A stretch of DNA of 49,743 nt, the filler included, from Bipalium vagum (Eukaryota): NCBI GenBank assembly GCA_037834085.1. It is 2 parts of 2 records of this genome, joined end to end, with 100 filler letters (N's around TTAATTAATTAA, not from the genome) between each part and the next. Parts side by side here need not be neighbours in the genome. Positions count along the whole stretch, not along the records: positions 31,843 to 49,743 come from JBBMKC010042909.1; 1 more part is not named here. One strand, given 5' to 3'. Below are positions 49,581 through 49,743 of the stretch, piece after piece. A program made the position numbers and the translations under genes. The notes below the pieces were generated by a model. It was not told the DNA's origin. It was given only the letters and a program-made list of their open reading frames with translations, and did not search any database. Positions within the stretch are counted from its first letter, which is position 1, and each line of letters starts with the position of its first letter.

Positions 49581-49743
49581 GTTATTTAGTTTGTTTGTAA
49601 TTTTTCAAAAAAAAGTGATTTTTCAGGCAATCGATTATTACAACTGATTTAAATAAACAATAACAACAGTTTATATATAAAATTGTACATTTAAAAGAAA
49701 TTTCTATCATAAATTAGTGTAAATAACAAAATGATATAAAACA

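Noticed and set aside
1-49743. Prokaryotic systems (CRISPR arrays, operons, defence islands), tRNA and rRNA genes
   Set aside because: No regularly spaced repeats or RNA-gene signatures were seen. Spliceosomal introns and the gene content show the DNA is eukaryotic.

Overview
AT-rich eukaryotic (animal-like) genomic DNA. It is split at 31743-31842 by an artificial 100-nt N spacer containing the six-frame-stop linker TTAATTAATTAA, so the two halves may not be adjacent. Left part: a graveyard of decayed IS630-Tc1-mariner elements (several mariner types, Tc1 DD34E, DD37E, DD37D/maT, DD41D, pogo/Tigger) plus Gypsy and LTR-like remnants. Within it lie two intact, intronless, tail-to-tail UBE2K/Ubc1-type E2+UBA paralogs (199 aa each, ~72% identical by hand alignment) with unusual substitutions at E3-binding and UBA ubiquitin-binding positions, and a third 5'-only copy cut off by Gypsy integrase sequence. 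Right part: a deleted Gypsy element, a 7-exon divergent RPP40-like gene with 39-59-nt introns that the ORF track misses, and the last 10 exons of a QRICH2/DUF4795-like gene on the minus strand whose large introns are filled with transposons. All family assignments come from manual translation and remembered motifs, not database searches.
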